Below, piece after piece: positions 55,014 to 63,186 of a DNA stretch of 64,000 nt. Location: NCBI GenBank assembly GCA_965116655.1, contig OZ220720.1, positions 434,319 through 498,318 of the forward strand, read 5' to 3'. Made by a program: the position numbers and the translations under genes. The notes below the pieces were generated by a model. That model was not told the DNA's origin. It did not search any database and worked only from the letters and a program-made list of their open reading frames with translations. The stretch is from Dehalococcoidia bacterium. Lineage in GTDB: Bacteria > Chloroflexota > Dehalococcoidia > Lucifugimonadales > VXLM01. How positions within the stretch are numbered: the stretch's first letter is position 1; each line of letters begins with the position of its first letter.

Positions 55014-55250
55014 TTGGTCCGAGCATTCATCTTGATTGAGGTCGCTGCAGGCTACTCGACGGCGGTCGTCGACAGCCTATCCGGGCAAAACGGCATAGTC
55101 GACGTGGTTCGAGTGACGGGGCCTGTGGACGTAATCGCGATCGTTACTGCTCCCACCATCAAAGGGGTGAGTGACCTCGTAGGCGAGAAGATCCACACAC
55201 TCCAGGGCGTCATCCGCACGACGACGTGCGTGGCGCTGCAGGGATCGTAG
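55014..55250 (+). CDS. Stand-alone Lrp/AsnC ligand-binding (RAM) domain protein, no HTH
   Basis: 78 aa. RAFILIEVAAG...VVRVTGPVDVIAIV pattern. AGGAGG Shine-Dalgarno 7 nt before the TTG start. Confidence 0.7.
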   Translation: MVRAFILIEVAAGYSTAVVDSLSGQNGIVDVVRVTGPVDVIAIVTAPTIKGVSDLVGEKIHTLQGVIRTTTCVALQGS

Positions 55251-55321
55251 TTCCCTTAAAACGCGCTGCCCTATTCCGGCTTCATCAAAAGCAGTAGGGA
55301 GAAGTATCGGGACGAACTAGG

Positions 55322-55993
55322 CTAGGAGGACTGCTCGGTCGCCCCGGTTGAGTCTGCCACCTCGTCCCATTCCTCGTCGGTCTGCCATTCATCACCGGCT
55401 CGTCTGCGACGGCGATGACCGAGCAGCGCGTGGGCGAGAACGAGTCCACAGAGACCGCCCATGCCGAACACAAGCGTCGTGTCGCCGTTGAAGTAGACCG
55501 TCAGCCCCGCCAGCGTGGCATACCCGAAAACCACATTCAATAGCGATGAGTAAGGCAGCTTCTGGCCACCGAGCGCCACTATCGACGCCACCGCCATGCT
55601 GATGAATCCGTACACCGGGAACAGCGCGAAGATCGAGCCTCCCAGGGTGACGAGGCCGTCACCACCCCGAAAGCCGGTGAACATCGACTTCCAATGACCT
55701 AGGACCGCCACGCCAGCAGGAAGAAGCAGCCAGGGACTCTCAACGCCCATGACATTACCTAAAAGGATCGCAAGGGCCCCTTTAGCCATGTCGCCGAGGA
55801 AAACCATGACCGCGGGCAATTTGCCCACGTTGCGCATGACGTTTGACGCGCCCGGCAACCCCGTGCCTACCTCGAAGATATCAACACCGCTGTGACGCTT
55901 GCTGATGAGGTAAGCCAGCGGGATGGAGCCTAGCAAATAGCCGCCGGCAGTCGCTATTAGCACCGTCGGCAGGCCACCAAGGAAATCACCCAA
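55322..55993 (-). CDS. plsY: Glycerol-3-phosphate acyltransferase PlsY
   Basis: YLLGSIPLAYLISK, GTGLPGASNVMR, FRGGDG (KGG-like) motifs, polytopic. Acidic/basic C-terminal tail. Confidence 0.88.
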   Translation of the reverse strand: MGDFLGGLPTVLIATAGGYLLGSIPLAYLISKRHSGVDIFEVGTGLPGASNVMRNVGKLPAVMVFLGDMAKGALAILLGNVMGVESPWLLLPAGVAVLGHWKSMFTGFRGGDGLVTLGGSIFALFPVYGFISMAVASIVALGGQKLPYSSLLNVVFGYATLAGLTVYFNGDTTLVFGMGGLCGLVLAHALLGHRRRRRAGDEWQTDEEWDEVADSTGATEQSS

Positions 55994-56199
55994 GACCGAT
56001 CACTCCTCGCTGGGGGTCTTGTCGTGATTATATATCCGGTCTTGCCGGATGCGCTATAGGTTACAGGTGGTAAATCGGCGACATCTTTTGCTCGCGACAA
56101 AAGTTGCCTGCCCTTCTTGGTGTCATCGCGCACATGCCGACGAGTACGGGCTATAATGGTTATCGAACCGAGTCTCCTTCCGAGGTGGAATGGAAACGA

Positions 56200-56544
56200 A
56201 TGGCAAGGGTGCGCGTAATGTATTGGAAGGAAATTCCCGTGCAGGTGCAGGCTGCGGATGGGCCGGAGCAGGTGTCCAAGCCCCTCGATGAGCGATTCCA
56301 GCATGGAGCGGACGCGATCTCAATGTTCGACGGCAGCGCCGGAACAGACGACTACTTGATGGCCTGGAACTGGGGTGAACACTTCGAGGTCGAGGGAACG
56401 GCCGAGGAGGCAGCGACTCAGACTGCGGCGCGGTACAACAGCGGGTTTCCAACCGATTTCGTAGCGCGTATCCGCGACCTCCACAACGCAGGCAAGCGCG
56501 ACACCGCTCCCGGCGCGATCGACGACTGGATGAAGGGCGGTTGA
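56200..56544 (+). CDS. Small protein resembling the 'virulence factor' domain that accompanies split MetH/MTHFR genes
   Basis: VRVMYWKEIPVQVQA...GTDDYLMAW resembles the YW-x-IP-x-QV pattern I recall for that family. TATAAT at 56152-56157 and a GAGGTGG Shine-Dalgarno support the ATG at 56200 over the TTG at 56104. Confidence 0.45.
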   Translation: MARVRVMYWKEIPVQVQAADGPEQVSKPLDERFQHGADAISMFDGSAGTDDYLMAWNWGEHFEVEGTAEEAATQTAARYNSGFPTDFVARIRDLHNAGKRDTAPGAIDDWMKGG

Positions 56545-56553
56545 GGAAGACCG

Positions 56554-57474
56554 ATGGAACAACCGACCATACTCGAACGACTGGCAACGGGAGACGTCCT
56601 TATCTCTGATGGCGCAATGGGCACCTATCTCCAAGCACGCGGCCTTGAACCGGGCGGGTGCCCGGAGGCGTTCAATGCCGATCATCCGGAGATCATACGG
56701 AGAATGGCCGCTGACTATTTCAACGCAGGGTCCAACATGGTGCTGACTGCTTCCTTCGGAGGCTCCCGTTTCATGCTGGATAAATATGGGTACTCCGGCC
56801 AGGCGCGAGAGTTCAACCGTTTGGCCGCGACACACGCAAGGAGCGTGGCCTCACCGTGGCACTTCGTGGTCGGTTCCATCGGACCTACGGGTGAAATCCT
56901 CCAGAGCAACGGAGGCACGACCGCCGATGACGAGATGTATGACGCCTTCGTCGACCAGGTGACCGGCCTGGAAGAGGGTGGGGCCGACGCGGTCGTCATC
57001 GAGACGATGATCTCGGTTGAGGAAGCGCTCCTCGCGCTCAGGGCCGCGAAGGAGCACACGGATTTGGTCGTCATGTCCACGATGATGTACGACAAGGGTC
57101 CACGCGGCTGGTTTACGATGATGGGCGACACTCCCGCCTCGGCCACCAAGCGACTCCGCGACGCAGGCGCGGACGTGGTTGGCACGAACTGCGGCAACGG
57201 CAGCGACCGCATGGTCGAGATCGCAGAGATAATCAGAGAAACCTACGACGGCTACATGCTTATCCACTCGAACGCCGGCATCCCGGAGATACGACAAGGC
57301 CAGATCGTCTATCCGGAGACACCGGAGTACATGACCGAGCGCTTCCTGAAGTTGGCCGACATCGGCATCAATATCATCGGCGGCTGCTGCGGCACGACTC
57401 CCAAGCACATCGAACGGTTTGCCGACGCGATCCATGAACGCACTACCGTCGGTTACCCGGTAGGCGCTTCTTAA
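56554..57474 (+). CDS. Homocysteine S-methyltransferase domain protein (MetH N-terminal module / BHMT-like)
   Basis: LISDGAMGT, Zn-ligand contexts GTNCG and IGGCCGTTPKHI. Confidence 0.88.
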   Translation: MEQPTILERLATGDVLISDGAMGTYLQARGLEPGGCPEAFNADHPEIIRRMAADYFNAGSNMVLTASFGGSRFMLDKYGYSGQAREFNRLAATHARSVASPWHFVVGSIGPTGEILQSNGGTTADDEMYDAFVDQVTGLEEGGADAVVIETMISVEEALLALRAAKEHTDLVVMSTMMYDKGPRGWFTMMGDTPASATKRLRDAGADVVGTNCGNGSDRMVEIAEIIRETYDGYMLIHSNAGIPEIRQGQIVYPETPEYMTERFLKLADIGINIIGGCCGTTPKHIERFADAIHERTTVGYPVGAS

Positions 57475-57504
57475 AACACGCGATTCGTAGGGAGGGAACA
57501 CAGA

Positions 57505-58182
57505 ATGACCAGTCTCAAGAACGCCAAGAGGGGAAGAGTCCGTGAGGTGATTGCCACGTACGGCAAGTGCATGGAACTTATCCCCATGGACCCCAACTTC
57601 CACGAAATCACCGTAGGGCTGTATGTCAAGGACGGCATAGGCACGGTCTGGACGTTCAGCGGGAAACCCGGGGTCGAGAAGCGTGTAGAGGAAATTCGCG
57701 GGCAGCTCGTCGAGCTTGGTGGCATGATCCCCGTCGAGGGTACTCACAATCAAGCCAAGTTCCCCGACGGCGAGATGTACGACCGACCGCTCCGCTTCCT
57801 ATTGCGACAAGCTGTGGAGAAACCGTATGGCACGCAACACCCGGAAGGACGCATCGAAATCAAGGACCTCCGCTCGCCGCTCCAGATCATCGCCACGCCC
57901 GAGGAGATTGACGGGCGATGTATCTATCGCATCACTGCCGAGGGCGAGTACAAGAACCCGACAATGCGCGTCCGCGCCGTCACGCAGGGGTTCGTCCGCT
58001 ACGGAGAAATGGAGAAGGTCGACGTTGACGCCGTAACCTTCACTCACGGAGGCCGCAGAGACGGACTGATCCGCCTCGTCCTGCCCTACGCCCGCAACGT
58101 CACCGGCACCGCCGACATGCTCGAAGCCGAAGCCCTCCGCGGCCAGATGACGACCGGCACCCTTGGCTTCGCGCAGACGTAG
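57505..58182 (+). CDS. Hypothetical protein (225 aa) inside the corrinoid methyltransferase cluster
   Basis: GGGAGGG Shine-Dalgarno, 30-nt spacing from the upstream gene, genome-like codon usage. No family recognised. Confidence 0.6.
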   Translation: MTSLKNAKRGRVREVIATYGKCMELIPMDPNFHEITVGLYVKDGIGTVWTFSGKPGVEKRVEEIRGQLVELGGMIPVEGTHNQAKFPDGEMYDRPLRFLLRQAVEKPYGTQHPEGRIEIKDLRSPLQIIATPEEIDGRCIYRITAEGEYKNPTMRVRAVTQGFVRYGEMEKVDVDAVTFTHGGRRDGLIRLVLPYARNVTGTADMLEAEALRGQMTTGTLGFAQT

Positions 58183-58240
58183 GGAGGTTCTGCGAATCAG
58201 ATGGTAGAACTAGCGGCTTAGGAGGCAATGGAGGCGCGCC

Positions 58241-58705
58241 ATGCAGCAGACAAGCGAGACCCGTGCAAAAGTAATCGTAATCAAGCCGGGCGATCCCATC
58301 CCTCCCCTTGTCGACCTCGACGAGGTGTCCAGGGACGGCCCCATATTCGAGGGAACGGACGTGCCTGTGCAGTACATGTTCGAATATCTGGACCGAGTTC
58401 ATAACCTGCACGCCTTCTTGGACGATTTCCCGGAGGTAAGCATCGGACAGGCGCTGAAGGCGATCAGAGAGCGCGTAAAGGCAAACAACGTAATTCACAG
58501 CAACACGGACTACGTGAGCGGCACACCCGTCTTCAAGGGAACACGTGTGCCGGTTGATACTCTATTCGATTTCCTGGTAGCGGGGGACAATCTTGACGAA
58601 TTCCTTGAGGGCTTTCCCACGGTAAGCCGTGAGCAGGCGATCGAAGCTCTCAACCTTGCCAGGCACGTCTTGGAAAGTACCGCCTATGAAGCTGCTCATA
58701 GATGA
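58241..58705 (+). CDS. Tandem-DUF433 protein (antitoxin-like)
   Basis: Two copies of the DUF433 pattern: GPIFEGTDVPVQYMFEYL...FPEVSIGQALKAI and GTPVFKGTRVPVDTLFDFL...FPTVSREQAIEAL. Confidence 0.75.
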   Translation: MQQTSETRAKVIVIKPGDPIPPLVDLDEVSRDGPIFEGTDVPVQYMFEYLDRVHNLHAFLDDFPEVSIGQALKAIRERVKANNVIHSNTDYVSGTPVFKGTRVPVDTLFDFLVAGDNLDEFLEGFPTVSREQAIEALNLARHVLESTAYEAAHR

Positions 58706-59015
58706 ATCTCTAGATGTTCGGCTAAGGCATCGGCTTCCTGAACATGACACTCGGACAGTTGAATACATGGGTTGGAAGAGCATCGGAAATGGTGAACTCC
58801 TAGCGTTAGCGCGGCAGGATTTTGACGCTTTCATCACGCGGGATCAGAACATACCAGACCAGCAGAACATCACACCGGAAGAAATTCCAATCATCGTGCT
58901 TCATACTCGATCAAATCGCATGAGTGACTTAGAACTATTGGTGCCCCAAATCCTTGAAGCGTTGCAAAGCATAGAGCGCGGGCAGGTTGTCCGCATTCCA
59001 CATCTCCCCGATTAG
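58686..59015 (+). CDS. DUF5615 family PIN-like (Mut7-C-type) protein (toxin-like)
   Basis: MKLLIDESLDVRLRHRL N-terminus and overall ~110-aa pattern. 20-nt overlap with the DUF433 gene. Confidence 0.7.
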   Translation: MKLLIDESLDVRLRHRLPEHDTRTVEYMGWKSIGNGELLALARQDFDAFITRDQNIPDQQNITPEEIPIIVLHTRSNRMSDLELLVPQILEALQSIERGQVVRIPHLPD

Positions 59016-59039
59016 GGGACTGAAGAAAGGAGACACACC

Positions 59040-60098
59040 ATGCCACTCCAAGAGACGATGACCCCCAGAGAGCGGGTGCTGAATGCGCTCACGGGCAAGC
59101 CGGTGGACAGGACGCCCGTGTCGAATCCCACGAACGTGGCGACCGTGGAACTGATGGACATGGTGGACGCACCGTTCCCGGACGCCAACCGCGACCCGGA
59201 GATGAACGCTCGCCTCGCGGCTACGGGCTACACCGAGCTCGGTTACGACTCGATCATGCCGTACTTCTCCATCATCCAGGAGTCCTCGGCGCTCGGTTGC
59301 GAGATGCAGTGGGAGGAGAAGGACAACTGGCCCACGGTGCGGATGAGTAACCCGATCTGGGACGGGCCGGACGACGTCCACATCCCCAGCGGGTTCCTGG
59401 AACACAAGGACAACGTCGCAATCACGCGCTCCCTATCCATCCTGAAGCGGGAGTTCGGCGACGAGGTCGCCATCATCGGCAAGACCATGGGCCCATGGAC
59501 CCTCGCCTACCACGTCTTCGGCGTGGAGAAATTCCTGCTCATGTCGATCGACGATCCCGACATGACCTTGGAGACACTCCATAAGCTCAAGGAAATTTCC
59601 GTCCTCTTCGGGCAGGCGCAAATCGACGCCGGGGCTGACGCCCTCACCTTCCCCGACCACGCGACCGGTGACCTCGTCAGCGGGGCCTACTACGACCGCT
59701 TCCTATTGGAGATTCACCAGGAGATGGCGGAGCGCCTGAGAGTGCCCCTGATCCTCCACATCTGCGGCAGGACCGTTGACCGCATGGAGGGCATCGCCAA
59801 GAGCAACATGGCCGCCTTCCACTTCGATTCCAAGAACGATCCGCAGGAGTCTATGGACGCCGTCGACGGCGGAATCCGGCTCGTCGGCAATATCAACAAT
59901 CCCGTCACTCTGTATTCGAAGGGGCCGGAGGAGGTTCGCGCCGAGGTCTATCGCGCCCTCGACGCCGGTGTTGAACTTATCGCGCCTGAGTGCGCCATTC
60001 CGCTCGCGACGAAGCTCGAAAACCTCTTGGAGATACCGCAGGCCGTCAAGGACTGGCATGAGGAACATGACGGCGAGGACGGTAACGGCACGGGTTAA
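59040..60098 (+). CDS. URO-D superfamily methyltransferase, MtaA/MtbA/CmuA-type (methylcobamide-dependent)
   Basis: TPRERVLNALTGKPVDRTPV N-terminus (no HemE-type MRQAGRY). Zn-ligand contexts LHICG and APECA. Confidence 0.8.
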   Translation: MPLQETMTPRERVLNALTGKPVDRTPVSNPTNVATVELMDMVDAPFPDANRDPEMNARLAATGYTELGYDSIMPYFSIIQESSALGCEMQWEEKDNWPTVRMSNPIWDGPDDVHIPSGFLEHKDNVAITRSLSILKREFGDEVAIIGKTMGPWTLAYHVFGVEKFLLMSIDDPDMTLETLHKLKEISVLFGQAQIDAGADALTFPDHATGDLVSGAYYDRFLLEIHQEMAERLRVPLILHICGRTVDRMEGIAKSNMAAFHFDSKNDPQESMDAVDGGIRLVGNINNPVTLYSKGPEEVRAEVYRALDAGVELIAPECAIPLATKLENLLEIPQAVKDWHEEHDGEDGNGTG

Positions 60099-60162
60099 GC
60101 GGAGAATTGCCTCGTTGTACTGAAGTCCCTTTGGGAATCATACGCCCGCATAATTGAGTAAA

Positions 60163-60187
60163 GGCGGGTTTCAAATCTACCCCTATC
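60163..60187 (-). repeat. Degenerate fragment of the GGGGCGGGTTTGAAACCCGCC hairpin repeat (inverted orientation)
   Basis: The reverse complement GATAGGGGTAGATTTGAAACCCGCC compares with GGTAGGGGCGGGTTTGAAACCCGCC in copy A. Confidence 0.4.
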
Positions 60188-60262
60188 GGATCGGCTAGGG
60201 GCTATTATGTTTCGATACCGAGGCGAACACGCCATACAAACCGAAGGAAATAACTAGAAACA

Positions 60263-61306
60263 ATGCCAAGAGTCATCGATTCACCGGAAGAGTTCACCAT
60301 CGTCGGGGAGAACATCCACGCAACACGCGTGCTGCTCAGAAACGGGCGTCGCGCCAAGACACTCGACGACGGGACGGAGGTCGTGCCGTTTAGAGGACCG
60401 GGCGGGGAGCAGCGATTGCTCACCGTCCCCGAGTGGTACAAGTCCACGCAGCCCTACCAGCAGAACCAGATCAAGCACTTCCTCATCGCCATGCGGAAGG
60501 GCATCGAGGACGATGCCGACGAGCGCGAGGAGGGCAGAGCGTACATCCAGTACGAGGTGCGGCGACAGGTGCGGGCGGGCGCCAAGTACCTCGACATCAA
60601 CCCCGACGAAGTGCACTACGACCTCGAGACGCAGAAGGCGTGTATGAGGTTCGCAGTCGAGGCGGTACAGGAGATATCCCCTATTCCGCCGTCCATAGAC
60701 TCATCCAACTCGGAGATCATACAGGCAGGACTGGAGACATACGATGGCTCCGCCGGGCGGCCAATGATAAACTCGGTCGCCGCCGAGCGCCTGGAGGCCC
60801 TCGACATGGTTGTCGAGCACAACGCCCGCATGGTCCTCATGTGCACCGGCCCCGACGGCATGCCGCAAGACGATGGGGAACGAGTCGAGAATCTTAACTT
60901 CATCATGGAGCACGTGCAGTCGAAGGGCATCCCCATGAACGACATCTACGTCGACGGCATCATCTTCCCTATCTCCGTAGACCCGCAGTATGGGAACCAT
61001 TACTTCGACGCCGTCCGCACCATTCGCGAGCAGTACGGCAACGAAATCCATATCGGCATGGGCTTAAGCAACGTCTCGTTTGGAATGCCCGAGCGAAGGC
61101 TCCTCAACGACACGTTCATCTACCTGTCCATCGAAGCGGGAATCGATGCGGGCATCCTCGATCCCATTGCGACGAAGCTTGAGAAGGTATTCGCTCTCGA
61201 CACCGGATCGGAGCCGGTGAAGCTCGCCCTCGACACTCTCGAAGGGCGCGACGACTTCTGCATGAACTACATCATGGCCTACCGCGACGGCAGGCTGAAA
61301 ACGTAG
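60263..61306 (+). CDS. Pterin-binding methyltransferase (methyltetrahydrofolate:corrinoid methyltransferase, MetH pterin module / MeTr/CmuB-like)
   Basis: VGENIH, LDINPD, SIDSS, MINSV, GLSNVSFGMPERRLLN, GILDP motifs of the DHPS-like pterin-binding barrel. Contains a ~55-aa insertion after the first strand. Confidence 0.85.
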   Translation: MPRVIDSPEEFTIVGENIHATRVLLRNGRRAKTLDDGTEVVPFRGPGGEQRLLTVPEWYKSTQPYQQNQIKHFLIAMRKGIEDDADEREEGRAYIQYEVRRQVRAGAKYLDINPDEVHYDLETQKACMRFAVEAVQEISPIPPSIDSSNSEIIQAGLETYDGSAGRPMINSVAAERLEALDMVVEHNARMVLMCTGPDGMPQDDGERVENLNFIMEHVQSKGIPMNDIYVDGIIFPISVDPQYGNHYFDAVRTIREQYGNEIHIGMGLSNVSFGMPERRLLNDTFIYLSIEAGIDAGILDPIATKLEKVFALDTGSEPVKLALDTLEGRDDFCMNYIMAYRDGRLKT

Positions 61307-61431
61307 TGCCTTCAAATATCACGGTTTTTCATGCTGACGATAGCAAAAACCAGTGATTTGCTGAGCACGTCTGCCAGTACGACCATCCCATCTCGCTAGG
61401 TTCGTTTGCCCCTTGAGCGTAACGCAATAAT

Positions 61432-61461
61432 TTGACAAAGTGCCGTATCTGGCCGAATAAT
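61432..61461 (+). promoter_or_regulatory. Candidate internal promoter TTGACA-N18-AATAAT upstream of the corrinoid protein gene
   Basis: Read directly in the 193-nt gap, 39 nt upstream of the ATG at 61500. Confidence 0.4.
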
Positions 61462-61499
61462 ACGTACCTTGTGACACAGACCTTTGAACGGGGTGGTGT

Positions 61500-62234
61500 A
61501 TGCCAACGACGGAGCATGAAGGGCTGGAGAGGGAATTCCTCTACGTAACCGACCAGTTTGAAGCAAAGCACATCAAGAGCCTCTACGAGGGTAAAGACCC
61601 TCTCATGCACGAGGTCGCCTACGCCCTGATTACGGGCAACGACGGCGAGGTGAGCAGACTGGTCGAACAGGCGCTGTCCGACGGCTGGGAGGCCAACGAC
61701 GTGCTCGACGATGGCCTGATCGCAGGCATGGCGGTGGTAGGCGTCAAGTTCCGCGACAACATCATCTTCGTGCCGGAAGTGCTCATCTCCGCCCGCGCCA
61801 TGAAGGCCGGGATGGCCCACATCGAGCCGATTCTCTCGGCGTCCGGCGTGGAGCCTATCGGCACCGTCATCATGGGCACCGTCAAGGGCGACCTGCACGA
61901 CATCGGCAAGAACCTGTGCATCATGATGCTTCGAGGCGCAGGATTCGTGGTACACGACCTGGGGGTGGACACCAAGAACGAGGAGTTCATCGACGCCGTC
62001 ATGGAGCATGAGGCCAAGGTGCTCGGCATGTCCGCCCTGCTCACGACGACCATGCCCAACATGGGCCGTGTCATCGAGGCATTCGAGGACGAGGGAATGC
62101 GGGAAGAGGTCAACATCATGGTCGGCGGCGCTCCCGTGACTCAAGAATTTGCCGAGGACATGGGGGCCGACGGCTACGGCGAAAATGCAATTGCGGCGGT
62201 GGATCTGGCTAAGAGCTTCGTGAGTTCGAGCTAA
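61500..62234 (+). CDS. Corrinoid (cobalamin-binding) carrier protein, B12 cap + Rossmann B12-binding domain
   Basis: DxHxxG motif in GTVKGDLHDIGKNL, SALLTTTM, MVGGAP motifs. Confidence 0.9.
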   Translation: MPTTEHEGLEREFLYVTDQFEAKHIKSLYEGKDPLMHEVAYALITGNDGEVSRLVEQALSDGWEANDVLDDGLIAGMAVVGVKFRDNIIFVPEVLISARAMKAGMAHIEPILSASGVEPIGTVIMGTVKGDLHDIGKNLCIMMLRGAGFVVHDLGVDTKNEEFIDAVMEHEAKVLGMSALLTTTMPNMGRVIEAFEDEGMREEVNIMVGGAPVTQEFAEDMGADGYGENAIAAVDLAKSFVSSS

Positions 62235-62251
62235 CACTGGCTACCTGTCAC

Positions 62252-62518
62252 ATGACGTCTAAGAAATCAGGCATGGCACACCAGACGATCGACAAACGGC
62301 GCTATGAGGCCAGCCTCGGCCGTCTGTACGACATCTTCAAGGGCATGTCGGAAACGGCGGACGAGGTCTCGCAGTGGCGCTGTCCTTACAAGAATGTCGA
62401 GTCGCGCTGCACCGCCAAGTTCTCTTGCCGAAATCAGCACTTCACGAACATACCCGATGATCTGCCCATCTGCACCGGAAGCGACAAGCTCGACTACCGG
62501 AGCGCGTGGGAAGTCTAG
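62252..62518 (+). CDS. Small 4-Cys protein (88 aa) of unknown function
   Basis: Starts 17 nt after the corrinoid gene. WRCPYKNVESRCTAKFSCRNQHF...PICTG. GC3-rich codon usage like its neighbours. Confidence 0.5.
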   Translation: MTSKKSGMAHQTIDKRRYEASLGRLYDIFKGMSETADEVSQWRCPYKNVESRCTAKFSCRNQHFTNIPDDLPICTGSDKLDYRSAWEV

Positions 62519-62615
62519 CGAAGCGCCGATCTTCGCCCCAGGCGGCGTGAGACTTGGAGACCTGATGCCCGAACGAGAGCTCAGGCGCGGGTAACCGGAT
62601 GGCCTTCTCACAAAG

Positions 62616-63137
62616 ATGAATGACATAACGGTCCGCTCACTGAACGAGAACGACGCCCACTCCTTCCAAGAACTGCGGCTCAAAGGGCTGCAGGAACATC
62701 CCGATGCATTCGCCTCCACGTACGAGCGCGAGATTGCATACTCCATGGAATTTGTAGCGGAGCGACTTCGCCGTACCGCGGAATCGACGAACAACTTCAC
62801 CCTCGGCGCTTTCCATGAGGAGGAGTTGCTGGGAGTGGTCGGGTTCTACAGGAAGACCGGGGAGAAAGAGGAGCATCGGGGCCACATCTGGGGCATGTAC
62901 GTCCGGTCCGATGAGCAGGGAAAGGGAATAGGGAAATCCCTCTTGGCCGACGCAGTCGAGCGTGCCAAGTCGCTTCCCGGACTTGTGCAAATCGAGCTTT
63001 GCGTAGTCACTCGCAACAAGCAGGCACGAAACCTCTACGCTTCGCTCGGTTTCTCCTCGTGCGGCATCGACCCGCGCGCGCTCTTCGTTGACGGGGAGTA
63101 CCTCGACGAGGAGCGAATGGTCCTTATCCTCGATTGA
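62616..63137 (+). CDS. GNAT family N-acetyltransferase
   Basis: IWGMYVRSDEQGKGIGKSLL (Q/RxxGxG/A), NKQARNLYASLGF motifs. Confidence 0.85.
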   Translation: MNDITVRSLNENDAHSFQELRLKGLQEHPDAFASTYEREIAYSMEFVAERLRRTAESTNNFTLGAFHEEELLGVVGFYRKTGEKEEHRGHIWGMYVRSDEQGKGIGKSLLADAVERAKSLPGLVQIELCVVTRNKQARNLYASLGFSSCGIDPRALFVDGEYLDEERMVLILD

Positions 63138-63186
63138 TGTTGGCAGAATAGGACGAATTCCCCTCCGACTGCGCTAAACTATCCGC

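Noticed and set aside
61307-61499. Possible cobalamin riboswitch in the 193-nt gap before the corrinoid protein gene
   Set aside because: I could not find a B12-box-like core (such as GCCACTG) or the conserved GGGAA-type elements on either strand. A TTGACA-N18-AATAAT promoter explains the gap better. An Infernal scan would be decisive.
62252-63137. Small ORF + GNAT as an AtaR/AtaT- or TacA/TacT-type toxin-antitoxin pair
   Set aside because: The genes are separated by 97 nt rather than overlapping. The small protein is Cys-rich, not an RHH/DUF1778-like antitoxin. The GNAT looks like a generic RimI/YhbS-type enzyme.
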